Below are positions 27,582 through 41,300 of a stretch of DNA of 64,000 nucleotides, one piece after another; position 1 is the first letter of the stretch, and each line of letters opens with the position of its first letter. Source of the DNA: Nageia nagi (Eukaryota; Plantae; Pinophyta); the NCBI GenBank assembly GCA_050084985.1, contig JBITNC010000002.1, positions 6,262,001-6,326,000 on the forward strand. The letters are read 5' to 3'. Both the position numbers and the translations under genes were made by a program. A model generated the notes under the pieces. It was not told the DNA's origin, ran no database searches, and was given only the letters and a program-made list of their open reading frames with translations.

Positions 27582-29933
27582 GTAAGAAAACAGAAACCCA
27601 TTTAGTCTGCAGATTCCAACTCTGATCTTATCTGCATAAAGCATGCCATTCATAATGAATAGAAAAATAACGTGTGTTCTTATCAATACGTAATAATTAA
27701 TACACTAAAGAAGAAGTCTTCATTTTCAATTTTTTTACAGGGTAGATTTCCTTCAATTTATGGTGAGATTATAGGGTTTATCAGAGTCTTCTCGGAATTG
27801 AAATTCCAACCCTATTCGTGCACACATCATTTGTGGAACAGTAGAACTGTTAAAAGTAAACATATTTCATAGATTATTATGATGGCCTGTCATCAGATGC
27901 AATTGTTAAACTGTCCATCTATTCAATATGATTTGATCTTGGCATTGACGTATGTTACTTTGGTGTCTTGTCTTGAATTATCAGAACAGGCTTTATGAGC
28001 ATTAGATTAGACATAAATTCTACTTTTTCTAAAGTTTAACCAAGTTTCTTTAGTAGGATTATTGTGAGGAATAAAGTTTTGAATTTTGATAAAGATGAAA
28101 TGACAAATAGAATTGACAAAGATATTAATAATGCGGTAAGGTAAAAATAATCAAATGATTATCTAAGTTTTTAAAGCTAAGAATTAGATATTTATTTATA
28201 AGGATAATATTAAAATTAATTATTTTTTACAATTGAAATTTGATATATTTTAGCATTAAAATTTAAAATATGAAATAATTTTTATTTCATGATATAAATG
28301 TAGTAAGATTTTAAAATTTACTTACAAATTTGGTATGGTGAAATGTATAAAGTTTTACTTTACAACTTCATTTTTATTAAATTTGGAGCTTGATTTTTTT
28401 CTCTTTAAATTTAGATGTTTTATTTTAGTTGCATTTAAAACTTTTAGTATTGTATATCGAACCTCTGCCTATGTGGTTTTGCTCATTGATGAGTAGGTTA
28501 GGAGGGTTTTGAGGGGTGGGAAGCCCCCATCGATAATGGGGTTTGGGGGCAACATCCCTAAAGCCAAAATACACATGGTTTTCTCTAATTATTTTCCATC
28601 ATTATTAGTGTAATTCAATGGATTTAAAGGATATTTTTCATTATTGCAAGTGCATATAATTTATTTGATATATCATTTTATTAGGGATATGATTTACATA
28701 TGAAATGAGACATTATAACATATAAGACTAGCATATTCATATGTTTCTAAAAGATGTTACTAAAGCACAATTCTTAAAGCTTACAGATAGGCCTATTAGT
28801 CCTCTCAACATGAAGAGGGAGACTCTTAAAATGGTGATGTTGATGCACGAGGGAAAAAAAATCAGGTCATATCTTATTAGGTGCTAATTGTAAGTACCAT
28901 CTATAATTATTTGATAGCCTATGAGTCATATATTTTTCGTAATATGATAGATAGAACATCTAACCAAATGAAAGACCATCATTCCCAACCATAGGAGCCA
29001 TGCACCATCATCACTAATGCACAAGACACTCATCTGTAGAACATAGGGCTAGCCTCCACTCCACCCTTGATCAAATGAAACCACTAGAGGTATGTGCCAT
29101 CTAGCCTTGCATTCAAGACTGTACAACATGGTCCCTTGGTGAGACTATGGTGATTCATCCAACCCAAGCTAGCTAGCTTGTTCAAGGCATGCAGCGAGGA
29201 ACCATGCTCGCATGCCAGCGCATGTGCATGTGTCCCTTGTCTCAATCGTGAGAGAAGGAGCATTCTTAGCCTTTATGATATGAAAATATCATGGTACTTT
29301 AGCTTTGTAATTTGTCTCTCCATTTTTTAAATCATCATGATGGATATTCATAAAGATAAAATATTGCATCACCTAGCCACATACATATTATCTATTAATA
29401 TATGATCATTTTGTATTCTCTACATGCATAAGGGAGATTTTTGAATATGGGTCTCTCAAATTTGAGAGTTTTCAACATTTGTTGCTTCGAACTCCCCTAA
29501 TATGAGTAGAATAATTTAACTAGCTTTATGTGGAGATTGATTTTTATAATAATTTATATCATGTTATTATGTTTTTGCATTGATATTTTATTTAGTATTT
29601 TGACGTTTCATTAACTTTTAACATACAACTCTTGATATATGTATCAAATATTCTTATTTTAAAAATACATCATACAATTTATTTTTGAAATAAAGTTTGA
29701 TTAATAATAAAAGTTAATAATATTAAAATCACTATTTCAATTTCAATTGATATAGTTTAATAAGAATTCCATTTTTAATACTATTTCTTGGGGAAGCTTA
29801 AAAGAAAAATATAGATTGAAAGATGAAAAAAACTCAAACAACTAGCTTCCCAAAAATAAAAATAAAAATTAAACCTTAAGAAAAACACTAACTTTATTAT
29901 AAATAACCGTAAGTTGTAATGTGGGTTTAACAG

Positions 29934-30185
29934 ATGGACAAGGCATCCATCATTGGAGATGCCATCAAATATATCCAAGACTTGCATAATCAGGCCAGAG
30001 ATATCAAGGCCGAGATTACAGCCCTGGAGTCCAACAACGACTGCTCTTCTTCAACAATAACAGCTGATGTGGATGACAACTATCATCAGTCTCAAGATAT
30101 CAAGTCTCACATGCCCAAACTCGAGCCCTCTATGACTTCAACATCAGAAAGAGAAGGATTTGGCCATGCCAATGTGGCTCTTCAA
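29934..30185 (+). CDS. bHLH exon 2 (helix 2 MDKASIIGDAIKYIQDLH + linker)
   Basis: ttaacAG|ATGGAC acceptor and CAA|GTAAGT donor, both phase 0; completes ...PFITK|MDKASIIGDAI, typical of FIT/bHLH27/bHLH35 (IIIa). Confidence 0.93.
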
Positions 30186-30265
30186 GTAAGTAAATGCCAG
30201 TAATTTGAGAACTCACTCAGGATGATGATGATAAGGTAGTGTGTAATGATCATATTCTTTACCAG

Positions 30266-30439
30266 GTCGACATTTCACAGATAGAACAGAGAACATTTCA
30301 CATTAGAATGTTTTGTAAAAAGGAGCCCCGTGTACTAGTCCTTTTGACAAAGGCCATGGAGTGCATTCAACATCTGGAAATTCACAATTCTAGTCTGACC
30401 TGCTTTGACAGCATCATCATCAATACTATTATTGCAAAG
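30266..30439 (+). CDS. bHLH exon 3 (ACT-like domain VDISQIEQRTFHIRMFCKKEPRVLVLLTKAME...)
   Basis: 80-nt GT-AG intron before it; ccAG|GTC acceptor, AAG|GTATGT donor, 58 codons; matches the C-terminal ACT-like domain pattern of group III bHLHs. Confidence 0.9.
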
Positions 30440-30520
30440 GTATGTCCATAGTCTGCTCTTTTCAGAAAAACAAGGAAAAGAAAAATCATTTTTGTGATGG
30501 CTGTTAAATTTTTGGAACAG

Positions 30521-30598
30521 ACAGAAATGGAGGTCGAATCTCTCAGAAATGCCATTATGGGGAGTGCTTCCAAGTACGGTTTCCATGCACCATCATAA
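30521..30598 (+). CDS. bHLH terminal exon 4 (TEMEVESLRNAIMGSASKYGFHAPS*)
   Basis: 81-nt GT-AG intron, in-frame acceptor, TAA stop; AATAAA at 30667-30672. The C-form protein is 315 aa. Confidence 0.85.
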   Translation, partial: TEMEVESLRNAIMGSASKYGFHAPS

Positions 30599-31399
30599 GT
30601 AAAAGCTTAACTTTCATATTATGGATAATACGACGTTAACCTCCAGTCGCAAAAAGAACTAACCTAAATAAAATGATGAAGAATCCTTTTAGCATGTATT
30701 GAATTTCCATATTCTCTCTGATCTTATTTCTTGTGGTAAGATTTGCATGATATATCGCAGGATTTCAAGCAACTCTTTTGGTATAAAATGTATTAACTAC
30801 TCTTATTGGGTTGGGAGTTCAGATTTGTGAATGGGAACATGGAAGACGTCAATTATGATTCTAAATGTAAATTAGTAATTAAATGATTTTATGAACATGA
30901 TATATTTAATTATTGTATTTTTTATTGATTAAAAAGTATAAGAAGTATTGATAACCTTGTGTGTTGTTAATGTGATATATAAGATATAACTTTTCTTTTA
31001 TTTGTTTAAGTCATCACAAAAGGTATCTATTCTCTCAAAACTTATCTCAAGTAAGATCCTACCATCTACTCGATAGGATTTTAGTATGTTTCAACTTTTA
31101 GGGGTAGAGAGTTTTGAACCTGGGCCTCCTATATGTAAGAGCTTTGAACTTATCTCTTCAACTTCCCTATCTATCAATTCAATTGTAAGATAGAAATTTC
31201 AAGATTGATTTTTTTTTTCAAATTAATGAAATAAAATATATAGTATTGTTATATTTTTTAAGATCTGAGAATGTCTTAAAAAATGAAACCTGTAATATAT
31301 TAGGTCTGTAAAATTTTATATATTTTATGTTTTAATTTTAAAAATAATTTACATAATTAAATATTTTTTTACACAAAATATTGATTCAATTAAATATGA

Positions 31400-32200
31400 T
31401 TCTAATATGCTTCCTAAATTATTTTCTCATAACTTAAAAGATAATGCATTAAAATGGTACTTTACTATTCTTGAAAAAAGTGTTAATAGTTATGAAAATC
31501 TTATTCATTTGTTTATAAAAGATTTCAAATATAATATTGCTGAGAAAGCTCAATACAAAGATTTGTGTAAGATTAAGCAATTAAGTAATCAAAGTTTGAT
31601 TGCTTTTGTAAGAGATTAGAAAAAAAAATGTAAATAAAATCATTGTTGATGAAAAATATTTGAAAGATATTTTTATTGCTTCTTTATTACCTCTGTTTAT
31701 ATTAGAAGTGATTGATCTTGATAAGGCAAGCTAATTGGTAGGCTACTTAAGAACGAATCTTGTATTGTTCAAATTTATCAAACAAAGATACACACACCAA
31801 AAACTAATAATGATACTGCTAAAAAATAAATTATTCCAATTATGAATACTAGTAGAAGACCACCAAGAAGAAAATTTGCAAAGTTACATGAAAGTGTAGA
31901 TAAATTTTTTGATGTTTTATTGCAAAAAACTTATTGAGTTACCCTTAATTATTCAATATCATTTCCCAAATGGTGTTCTTAAAAATTATCAATTTGAAGA
32001 ATTTTACAATTATTAGAAAACTTTAAGATACCTAACCAAAAATTATAGGGTTTTCAGGAACATCATTCAAGATTCATTGATCAAAAGGATATAAAGATAC
32101 ATGATGACCTACAATATGAGAAGCATTATGATGATGGTCTAGTACATCTTCATAATCAATAGATGGACATCTTCATTAACCCTTTACCATAATTGAATCA
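31400..32200 (+). mobile_element. Ty3/gypsy gag remnant (Retrotrans_gag-like)
   Basis: LPKLFSHNLKDNALKWYFTILEKSVNSYENLIHLFIKDFKYNI...IKQ...QSL..FV resembles the gypsy gag core; stops follow. Confidence 0.7.
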
Positions 32201-33168
32201 ACAACCCAAAGGATTAATTAGAATGGTAAGTACATGTGACTTTTCTAAGTATTGTTTTGTAACCATTTCAATTATGCAAAGGCCTTTCAGTCTCATGATA
32301 CGCTTAAGAGAAGTAATTGCTAAAGTATCAAAGGTGGATATCTCAAAACTCAATTTTTAGCTAGAGTGTTTGAGCTAAAGGGTCAACTACTATGAGTTAT
32401 GAAAGAAAAGGCTAAATTGAGTTTTGAGAGATCCTTACTATCCCAACCTTCAAAGGCTAAATAGTGTAATCTCCATCTCTACGGTAGTCACCCTAATGGC
32501 TAGGTCCTCTATAAATAAGCCAAATCATGACATTAGTACCTCAAATTAAATAAAATATAATAAAATTTGGACTATATTTTATATTATTAATAAAACTTCG
32601 AAGTATTTTTGTACTTATAAGTGAGGAAACCATTGGAATGGCTTCATGTGTGATGGTGATCCCCTTAATATCCATGCTAGGGGGGAAATGAAGGCTCTAG
32701 ATCCATCATGGGTACCTCCTCCTCCTCCTATTTCTCATCATTTGTATCAACAAATTCTTCATCTGAATACTTATTTTTGGAGACCTCCATCTCCTCCTCA
32801 CCCAACTTAGGGATACTAATAAGGGTAGGGTAGATGATCTCCCACCAAGCATCATAACTAGGCATCATGCTAGGGGAAACAAAGATTTCCATAACAACAT
32901 CTAACTCAATGAGATCCTCCTAGGTTAATCTTCACACTGGCATCATTTGGTCATTAGTGGGGCATCCCCCTCTACTATTTGTTGAAGATAATATATTAGG
33001 ATTTTTGGTATATCCTGCATAACTTTAAATTATCAAAGCACCCTAATAGGATAGTAAGGATCTAAATCCTTCCTTCGTGATTGAAGGAAGGAGTCTTAGT
33101 ATACCCAAACTAAGTGGTGGGTATTCTCATCCCACACATTTTCTTGATAGGCCACACATATGATGTCC

Positions 33169-34335
33169 CACTACAACACAAATTCCATTTAGCATCATCT
33201 AACAGGTGTTAAACTAGTCAAAAAATATGTATTGACATCATTAGCATCAGTAAGTGTCTAACATTGATTTTATGCAATTTTTTCATATTTTGACACTATT
33301 ATTGATGTTATTTCTAATGCTAATTATTGTTAGAATAACCTTGAAAAAAAGGTGGTATCACACATGGATCATGATCTAACCATCAATTAAATTATTTAAA
33401 ATCAATAGTTATACATACATCAAAGACTCTTTAAAAATAGTAGGACCACTCTCTATGCTCTTCAACATGTCTTCAATTCCTGCAATCCTACATTGCCAAT
33501 AATGCCCTTCTAAAGGGAAAGCTCCTTCATTCACTCATGCATAAGTTTCGATAAGACATAATTACCACATGTATGTCAAATGCAAAATTTTGGAAGACAC
33601 CTACAAATTTTTCCACTATATGAATAAATGAGACATCTTCTTATGGAAAATGATAATTTTAGGTTCCCAAATACATGGATTTACTCAACAGGTATTGACA
33701 CAATTTCACTAAAAGCAAAAAATAACAACAATAGTCCAACCAAATCATTTCATCCTTCCCATCATTTTCAAAGCATGCACCAAATTTGGAGATTTATAAA
33801 AAAGGTTTATACATAAATCAAATACTCTATATAATTGGATTTCCTTTCACTAAATGCAACAAACAACAACACTAGTCCAGACAAATCAATTCACCTTTCC
33901 CAACATCCTCAAAGCATGAACTAAACTAGGAGATTCATAATAGGATTTATATATACATCAAATACTTTTTAAAATCATATTTTATAGACTACAATGATCA
34001 CAAGATATGCATAAAATAACTAAATATAATTTTTTCCTAAAATTCTACATTCTGATGCAATATATAATGCCTAATGATGCAATACTTGATAGAATTAACA
34101 ATAAGTGATGCTATGATTGATGTAAATGTATTTTTATAATGCCTATTATGATGAAATATGGCATTATATGTGATGCAATATGATGCCATATCATATTTTT
34201 GATGATGCTAAAAGTGATGTGAATCATGATATGTATGTTAGCATCATCTTTAGTAGTAGTATTTTGGAAAAAAAAATTAAAATACATTAGCCTCGAATGT
34301 TCACCCTAATACTAAACCTAATTTGTGTTGTAGTG
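33169..34335. mobile_element. Non-autonomous CACTA (En/Spm) element, 1167 bp
   Basis: Perfect 16-bp TIRs CACTACAACACAAATT (33169-33184) / AATTTGTGTTGTAGTG (34320-34335); near 3-bp TSD (TCC/TTC); many TGATGC/GCATCA subterminal motifs; internal ~140-bp tandem duplication (~33705-33970). Confidence 0.9.
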
Positions 34336-35499
34336 TTCTTTAGTTGCAAGACATCTATATCATGTATGCTCACCTCTATCTCCTTAGTTTCCTTGTAGTA
34401 TTTCATATCTGATGTCAAGTAGGTGATGATTGGATCTATCTCATCCAACCACAATCACTCTAATCTAAAAGGCTTGAACATAGCTATGTGTTATATGTCT
34501 ACACTTGTAATAGTTTGACATGAGCCATGGTCACATTGCCCATAGTTAGAATGTGGTACAAATCCTAATAAAAATGATCAAGTATGCATGAAGCCTAAGA
34601 GAAGATGACTCACCTTGCATAGATCTCTTGAACTATCTAGATGAGCTTACACAAAAATGTAGAGTTATTCTTATTGGGGCATAAAAACATGGTAATAAGA
34701 GAAGCAACCAACAATCAAAGTTTATGACCATGAGGATCAAACTAGCATGTTGTGTCACTATTACCAAAAGGCCAATTTGCATCCTTTTTTGCATCTTAAA
34801 ATATGGAAAATAAAAATTGATGTTAATTTGCGTTGACATGCATTATTTTTTTCCATTTTTCACTTTTTTTATGTAAATTATGACACAAATTTTACATCAC
34901 ATTTCACTAACGAAAATATAAAACATGTTTTACCTATTCATCAATCAACCAATCGATGCCTCACATTCATTTCATCCTTCATCCATACCAAAAGTGATTA
35001 CCCAATAGCTAAATGCCCTCTCCTATCTATATTTATTAACAAACCCTCCATATAATTCTTACATTTCATACACTTTAGCTAATTTTTTTTCTTCCTTAGT
35101 TTTCAAGTTTCAATTGTAGCTATGGCACCTAAGGAAAATAAGAAGCCTATAGAGAATAATCCCATAAAAAAAACTCCATATTTGAAGAAAAGAAAAAAGA
35201 GAATAAGCCCATAGTTGTAGAAAAGAAAACTTCTTTGAAGGCCAAAAAAGAAGCAAGAAATAAAACCCTTACTGTATTATTTAGGAAAATAATATATAAT
35301 AAATTTAAATTTTTAAAACCTAAACCACTAAGCCCATTCTTGAACTAGTTTAATGAAACCTATGTCATTCCCCCAAGTTTGAGCTCTTTTTTTTTAAATC
35401 GCACAGAATTAAAAGATCTACAATTCTATGATATTTTCTTTTGAAATATTATGCAAAAGTTAACATAAATTATGAAAATTTGGCACAAAAATTTATGCA

Positions 35500-35716
35500 A
35501 ATAATAAAATTTTGATGCAAAAATCAACCTAAATTTTAAAAAATGATGCAAAAGGTGGCTTTAAGGATGCAAAAATGATGCAAAAAAGGATGCAAATTCT
35601 AGCATGATAGTTTGCATCAAAAATTGTATCGAAAAAATGAAAAAAAAAATATAAAAAAATTTACCAAAGCATTTCGAGTCAAAAAAAGGATGCAAATTGA
35701 CCTTTTGGTAGTAGTG
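35500..35716. mobile_element. Orphan right end of a second CACTA element
   Basis: Clustered GATGCAAAA subterminal repeats ending in ...TTTTGGTAGTAGTG; no matching left end found. Confidence 0.6.
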
Positions 35717-37609
35717 TGTGAAGGAATATCACTCGCTTGTACCAATCATAATTATGGTTTTTAGTAAACCAAAAGGAGAGATCATCTAATTATTGCTTCC
35801 CCCAATGATGGCATGCTCAACTAATCTCTTGTACACCATAACCCTCCATAATTAGTATACATACAATAATACTATCACCATCATTTCACTTATTGGGAGG
35901 GGAAAGGTATTTAAATTTAGATCCCATCTCTCAATTAGAGCCATCAAGAGTGAGAAATCTAGTTGTACATGCATGATGATAACTAGGTCATATAAATTAG
36001 CATCCTCAAGCAATGTGTTCTCATTATTTTATTAGATCCATTCATGTACCCTCTCCAACATGATGAACTGCATGGTAACCCCCCTTAATTAGCTTCTTAT
36101 GGACCTACAATGAGTATATATAACCATGCACTAATATTTTTAGGAAGAATTGAGCAACATGCATGAATCAATTTTTGTAAATGGATACCAAGACTTAGGT
36201 TTCTATACAAAATTTCAAAGTTGATGGAAATAGGGCCAACTCACCACATGATCCATTGGTAAAGTATGGATAAGCTTAGCCTTTTAACCCTATCAACATG
36301 CTAAGGGTGTCTTTTCCTATCTACACATGGGCTCACCTTTGTTCACCATGCAAACACATCAAATCATAAATAAAGTGGCTCAAAATAATCATGGTGGTTG
36401 AATCTGCAGAGAAAATCACCTTAGAACATTCCAACTCAACTCTAGAATTGCTAAGCAAGTAAGGTAAATGTCAAGTAAGTAAAGCAAATGAGTGAGGTAG
36501 GCAAATAAAAAATATTTATCTTTCATCTTCTTATGGCTTATAAAACTCCATTTCACCAAATCCTAGGGTTTTTAACCACTTTTGTGTATTTAAACATTTC
36601 TACATGCACCTTTTATTTTTAATATGTTAATGCAGTTCAAATTATATTAAGAGGCATTTATCAATTTTTGAAAAATAATTTTTTTTGCATTCATGATGTC
36701 CACACTGTGGGTCATCAATGATAAGGAGCATTTCATACCTAATATCTTGTATAAATTTCTATGGTATTTGTTATGTTTCTTCCTTGAAAATTTTATGAAA
36801 ATGCAAATATCAAATTTTATATTTCAGAACATATTATTACAATGTATATCATTGCTAACAAAATTATAGATGAATATTCTTGAAAATTTTACAAAATTAA
36901 GGTCGTTCACACCATGCTAAGTCTATAAACAAGATGTTCACACCTTTCATAACAATTTATATATTGAAAATCAAGTATCTCAAATGTAATACCACTTTTA
37001 TTTCACAAATATGGAATTATTCTCATGATTCACATTGATTTTACTTGTAATTATCTTATAAATGCATTACATGTTCTACTCACAATTTTTCCAAAAAGGC
37101 CATGAAACTCCCAAGAGCACATTTTTGTCAAAATGTATAGATCATAAACTCTTCTATGATCATGATTTAAATCCAAATCTTTGGGGCATAATTGATCTCA
37201 TTTACTTTGGAGTATTGAATAAACCATTATTCATAATGGTGATGAGTTTCACAATCAACATATTATATTGATTTCAACTTTTCTTCTATTTTGATTATTA
37301 TTTTAAAATATGTAATCTATGCAGGTATTATCATTTTTATTCCTACAAATCATTTTTACCCAAATTGAAGAGTAGAGCCAAAGGTATCATCAACCCTCCA
37401 ACTAAAAGATGAAATTTTGGCTTGATTCTACCATTGCAAGAAAATTGGGGTAATTAAAGACAAAAGGGGGTAGGAAGATACCATACTCAAGTATAGAAAT
37501 ATTTTAGAGAAATGCTCTTTACTATTGAAAATTTTTCATACTTCTCTATGCTTCTTTGGATTATGAAATTTGAAATGATTTTTCATGACATATTCAAAGA
37601 GGGGGAAAA

Positions 37610-38353
37610 TGTAGATGCCTAAAAATTATTTATTATTAATTAATAAATCATATTTTGTCATCTCAAAGGAATAAATAGCAATATCACATAAATTATGGCA
37701 AATGTGTTATTAATTAATATATTATGTATTAATTCCAATGTAATATCATTAATCATGAATTATTCTATAAATATATTGATATTACAAAGATTATATTCTA
37801 TTATTATAGGTTGTTTTTCACTCCTTTCTATGTCTTTGTAGGTTTTAAATGGAAGAGTTGGAAGTTGAGATTCCCTATCAAATCTCTCTAGTATATGGTT
37901 TTCCATACATCATACTATACTTATGATAACTTTCAATGCTATCTATTTGAGAATATTTTATAATCTATGCTTATGTTATTTGTTATCTTCATTATATGTT
38001 TTCATATTTCAAATCCCATAATGTGTATGGAGTGCAAGGAATAAAACTATTGTATCCACAATATTACTCTTTATGATCCATAGTGATAGATCTGAGGGAT
38101 ATCAAGCATAGATTTGGATCATTAAATATCCATTTTGCTTTATCATATATTCGATCCAATTATTTGCATAATTGCACCAAATCTTAAGGATTTCTAATTT
38201 CTCACATTAGGTACACACTTTCTTAATATTGGTCTAAAAAACTTGATAAGAGATTTGTACCATATTATTAGTAGATTTATAATTATTTTATTTCTTCATT
38301 ATAAACCATAATTACCAATGTATACCTCTTCCACTACCATTATCAATTCTACA
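37610..38353 (+). repeat. LTR (~744 bp) preceded by a polypurine tract (3' LTR of a decayed retroelement)
   Basis: AAAGAGGGGGAAAA PPT (37596-37609) directly followed by TGTAGA...; ends ...TCTACA (6-bp inverted repeat). Confidence 0.7.
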
Positions 38354-41300
38354 GGAGGGGCTTCACCTAGGTAACTATAAGCCATGGATTTAGCTATAAA
38401 AAATACCCTTGAGATCAACTCGTATATGCTAGGAAACCTAGATGCACATGAGATATTATGTATTGTGCATTAACTTGATCCTCTATGAGGATTTTAAGAT
38501 GATGAACCTCTAGAGAAATGATGTCAAGATAGACCTAAAACTAAAATAACATATTGGATTATATCTAACATTTAATATTAGTAAATATCTTTTTATATGT
38601 TATTTAAAATTGAAATGTGAAACACACGCTAGGGATTAACATGTTTCATAGCTATGTAAAGATTATCTCGCAAAATAACCAAGTGTTACGAAAAGGGTTC
38701 TAACCTAAAAGATCTAAACTGTCATCTATCAACCATCATTTTAATTATACTCTAGGATAAAATCAAAATAATTTTTTTTATATTATCTTTATACTTGCAA
38801 AAGGGACAACATGGGTTTAGAGTGCCTAAATGAACCAATGTATAATTAATTGGAATACTTAGTAAAGTATATATGATGCAAATTTGGCAATCTTGGTATG
38901 AACAATAGCCATTCAAATTATTTAAAACTTGGTGTTCTAGGTTTTATTGATAAACTTAAGTTTCCATTTTGTATTAAGTTTTTCTTACCATAAGAAAACA
39001 TGGCAAGATCCAAGCATCACCCTTATAGGGTTAGAATATACAAAATGAGGTGTCTAGGAATCATTTTCAATTTATCCATCAAGGTTAAGAAGAACAACAT
39101 CAATTATATAGTGATACATTAAGGGAAAATAATATACAACCACCTAGAAAGAATCAATATCTTGATTAGTTAATTTATATTTTATCTTGGCTTCAAGCTA
39201 AGAAATCCATTCACAAATTGATATTCAATGAAGATCAAATGTTATGTGTATCCCATGGTGAAACATTTTAGGTAGTGAATCTATGGTACATTAGTAAGAG
39301 GTAAAACTTGGTGGATTAATATATTCAACCACCAAAGTGATTATTAATAAATACATAAAATAATATGGAAGCAATTTTAATTCTAGATAATAAAAATATT
39401 AATGGATTTCCAAGATTTCCCAATGCTATTTTTGATAAAAGGACCTTAAATTTAAATCTATTCCTTGAAAATTAAAATGATTTGAATTCCAAGCCCTTTC
39501 TATACTTGTCTACCATAAGGAGTGCTCAAGCTAATGAAATTTCAAAGGAGGATCTTCCAAGTTTCTTGATCCTCAATGGAATGAATGATCAATTTGGAAT
39601 ATATAAACAAACTCTATCTCTAAATATCTACAAGATTTGGATTTTTAAAGTTATGTGGATAATAAGAAAAATCCTATTTCACTTAGTGAAAGTCATTTTC
39701 TTTCTTTGATAATGCCCAAATAGAGTCTCATATAATTTTTGGAAGATTTTGATAAGCAGGTTTTGAGGGTTCTCCATGATGAGTAATAACTTAGTAACTT
39801 ATGTAGTAGGTCAAAAATAATAATAAAACACACATAAAATCATACATAACATAAAATGTATAGTGGCAGAACTTCTCCACAATGGTAGAGAAGAAACATC
39901 CACTTATGCTTTCTATATCTTTTATTATTTTCAATATAATGTATAATAACAATCAAACTTATGTTATATTATTCTCTCATGTATGAAACTTGCTTGATAC
40001 TTATTACTCAAAAATATTACATGAATAACATTATACTTACATTAACTTACAATGTTGATTACTCTCACACTTGTATACTACAATGCTTGCTAGCATCAAC
40101 TTTGTCTAACTTAGTCTAGTAATTTCTATAGCCACATATGGTTGGTATATATAGAAGATATCTTTACTATTTCCTTGTAGATATATCATCTCCAGATGCA
40201 TTATCTAGTGTTTATATAATATCATCACTCAACCATAGCTTTATCAATACCTCTCAACTAGATTAGTCAATTTAAGCTTATCTTTTATGAAAAGTCATTC
40301 TCTTCACCAAATGGGTGTTAAGCCACATATGAGGCTAATCCCTCTTAAGTGTTTTAATTAAAATCTTGGTTGTACTACATATTATTAAGTTTATATTAAA
40401 TATATTTCTATTTTTATTTACTAATACCCAAGTAAATATTAGATATTTCAAGAATCCCCCTTAATATTTAATTGGAGATATGGAAATTACAAATAAAAAA
40501 TAGTTTTGACACTCCCCCTAAATATAAAAATAAGGATGTCAACTCTATAGGTATCACATACTAATCTTGTTGTATATCAAACCTTTTTTTAGGTATAGGA
40601 TTTTTAGAACAAAGATAAGAGGTATAAAATTATACAAGAGAGACTATTGAAGATCCATCACTAGAGTTGCCAATGCAATACCAAATATCATTTCCATAAT
40701 CAATTGCCAATGACATAAAAAATCAATTCCTAATGTAGTAGACTATCATTCTAAATAATCAATTACTAATGTAATATCCAAATAAATTATCATTGCAAAT
40801 GCTTCATATTTTCCAATGCAATATATGATAGCTACTTTTATATAAATGCATTTGGGATTGATCAGTAATAGTCATTAATAATATTCACTTGATAAATTAT
40901 ATTAAGATAATTATCATTACATTCATTGTATGTACACAATATAATGTATTTTGTATTTCTTATCATTGGCCATTGAAATAAAAACCTCTTTAAGTTCATT
41001 ATTGGTAAGATGTTGGCCACATGGAACCCCTTGATAGTAGGAAAGCTCACATAAGATTATTCCTATGCATTATTGCAATATAATATTTTCATTGATAAAT
41101 GATTTTGATCATTCTTTAAACACTTGTTGTTAGTATTTAATAAAGGCTTGAAGGATTTTAGGAAGAGTAGAGAGAACTTTATTCCCATTCACAACTACCT
41201 TTGATTTTCTTAGTAACCTAAGAGGCTTTTATTACTGTAAAATATTCTCTTATGATCTAATCTCCCACCTTTAGCTAAATGAGCTAAGATTTGATCTAAA

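Noticed and set aside
31100-31170. Possible tRNA or tRNA-derived SINE (minus-strand GGTTCAAA B-box-like; similar hint at ~7050-7075)
   Set aside because: No convincing A box, cloverleaf or TSD by eye; too weak to call.
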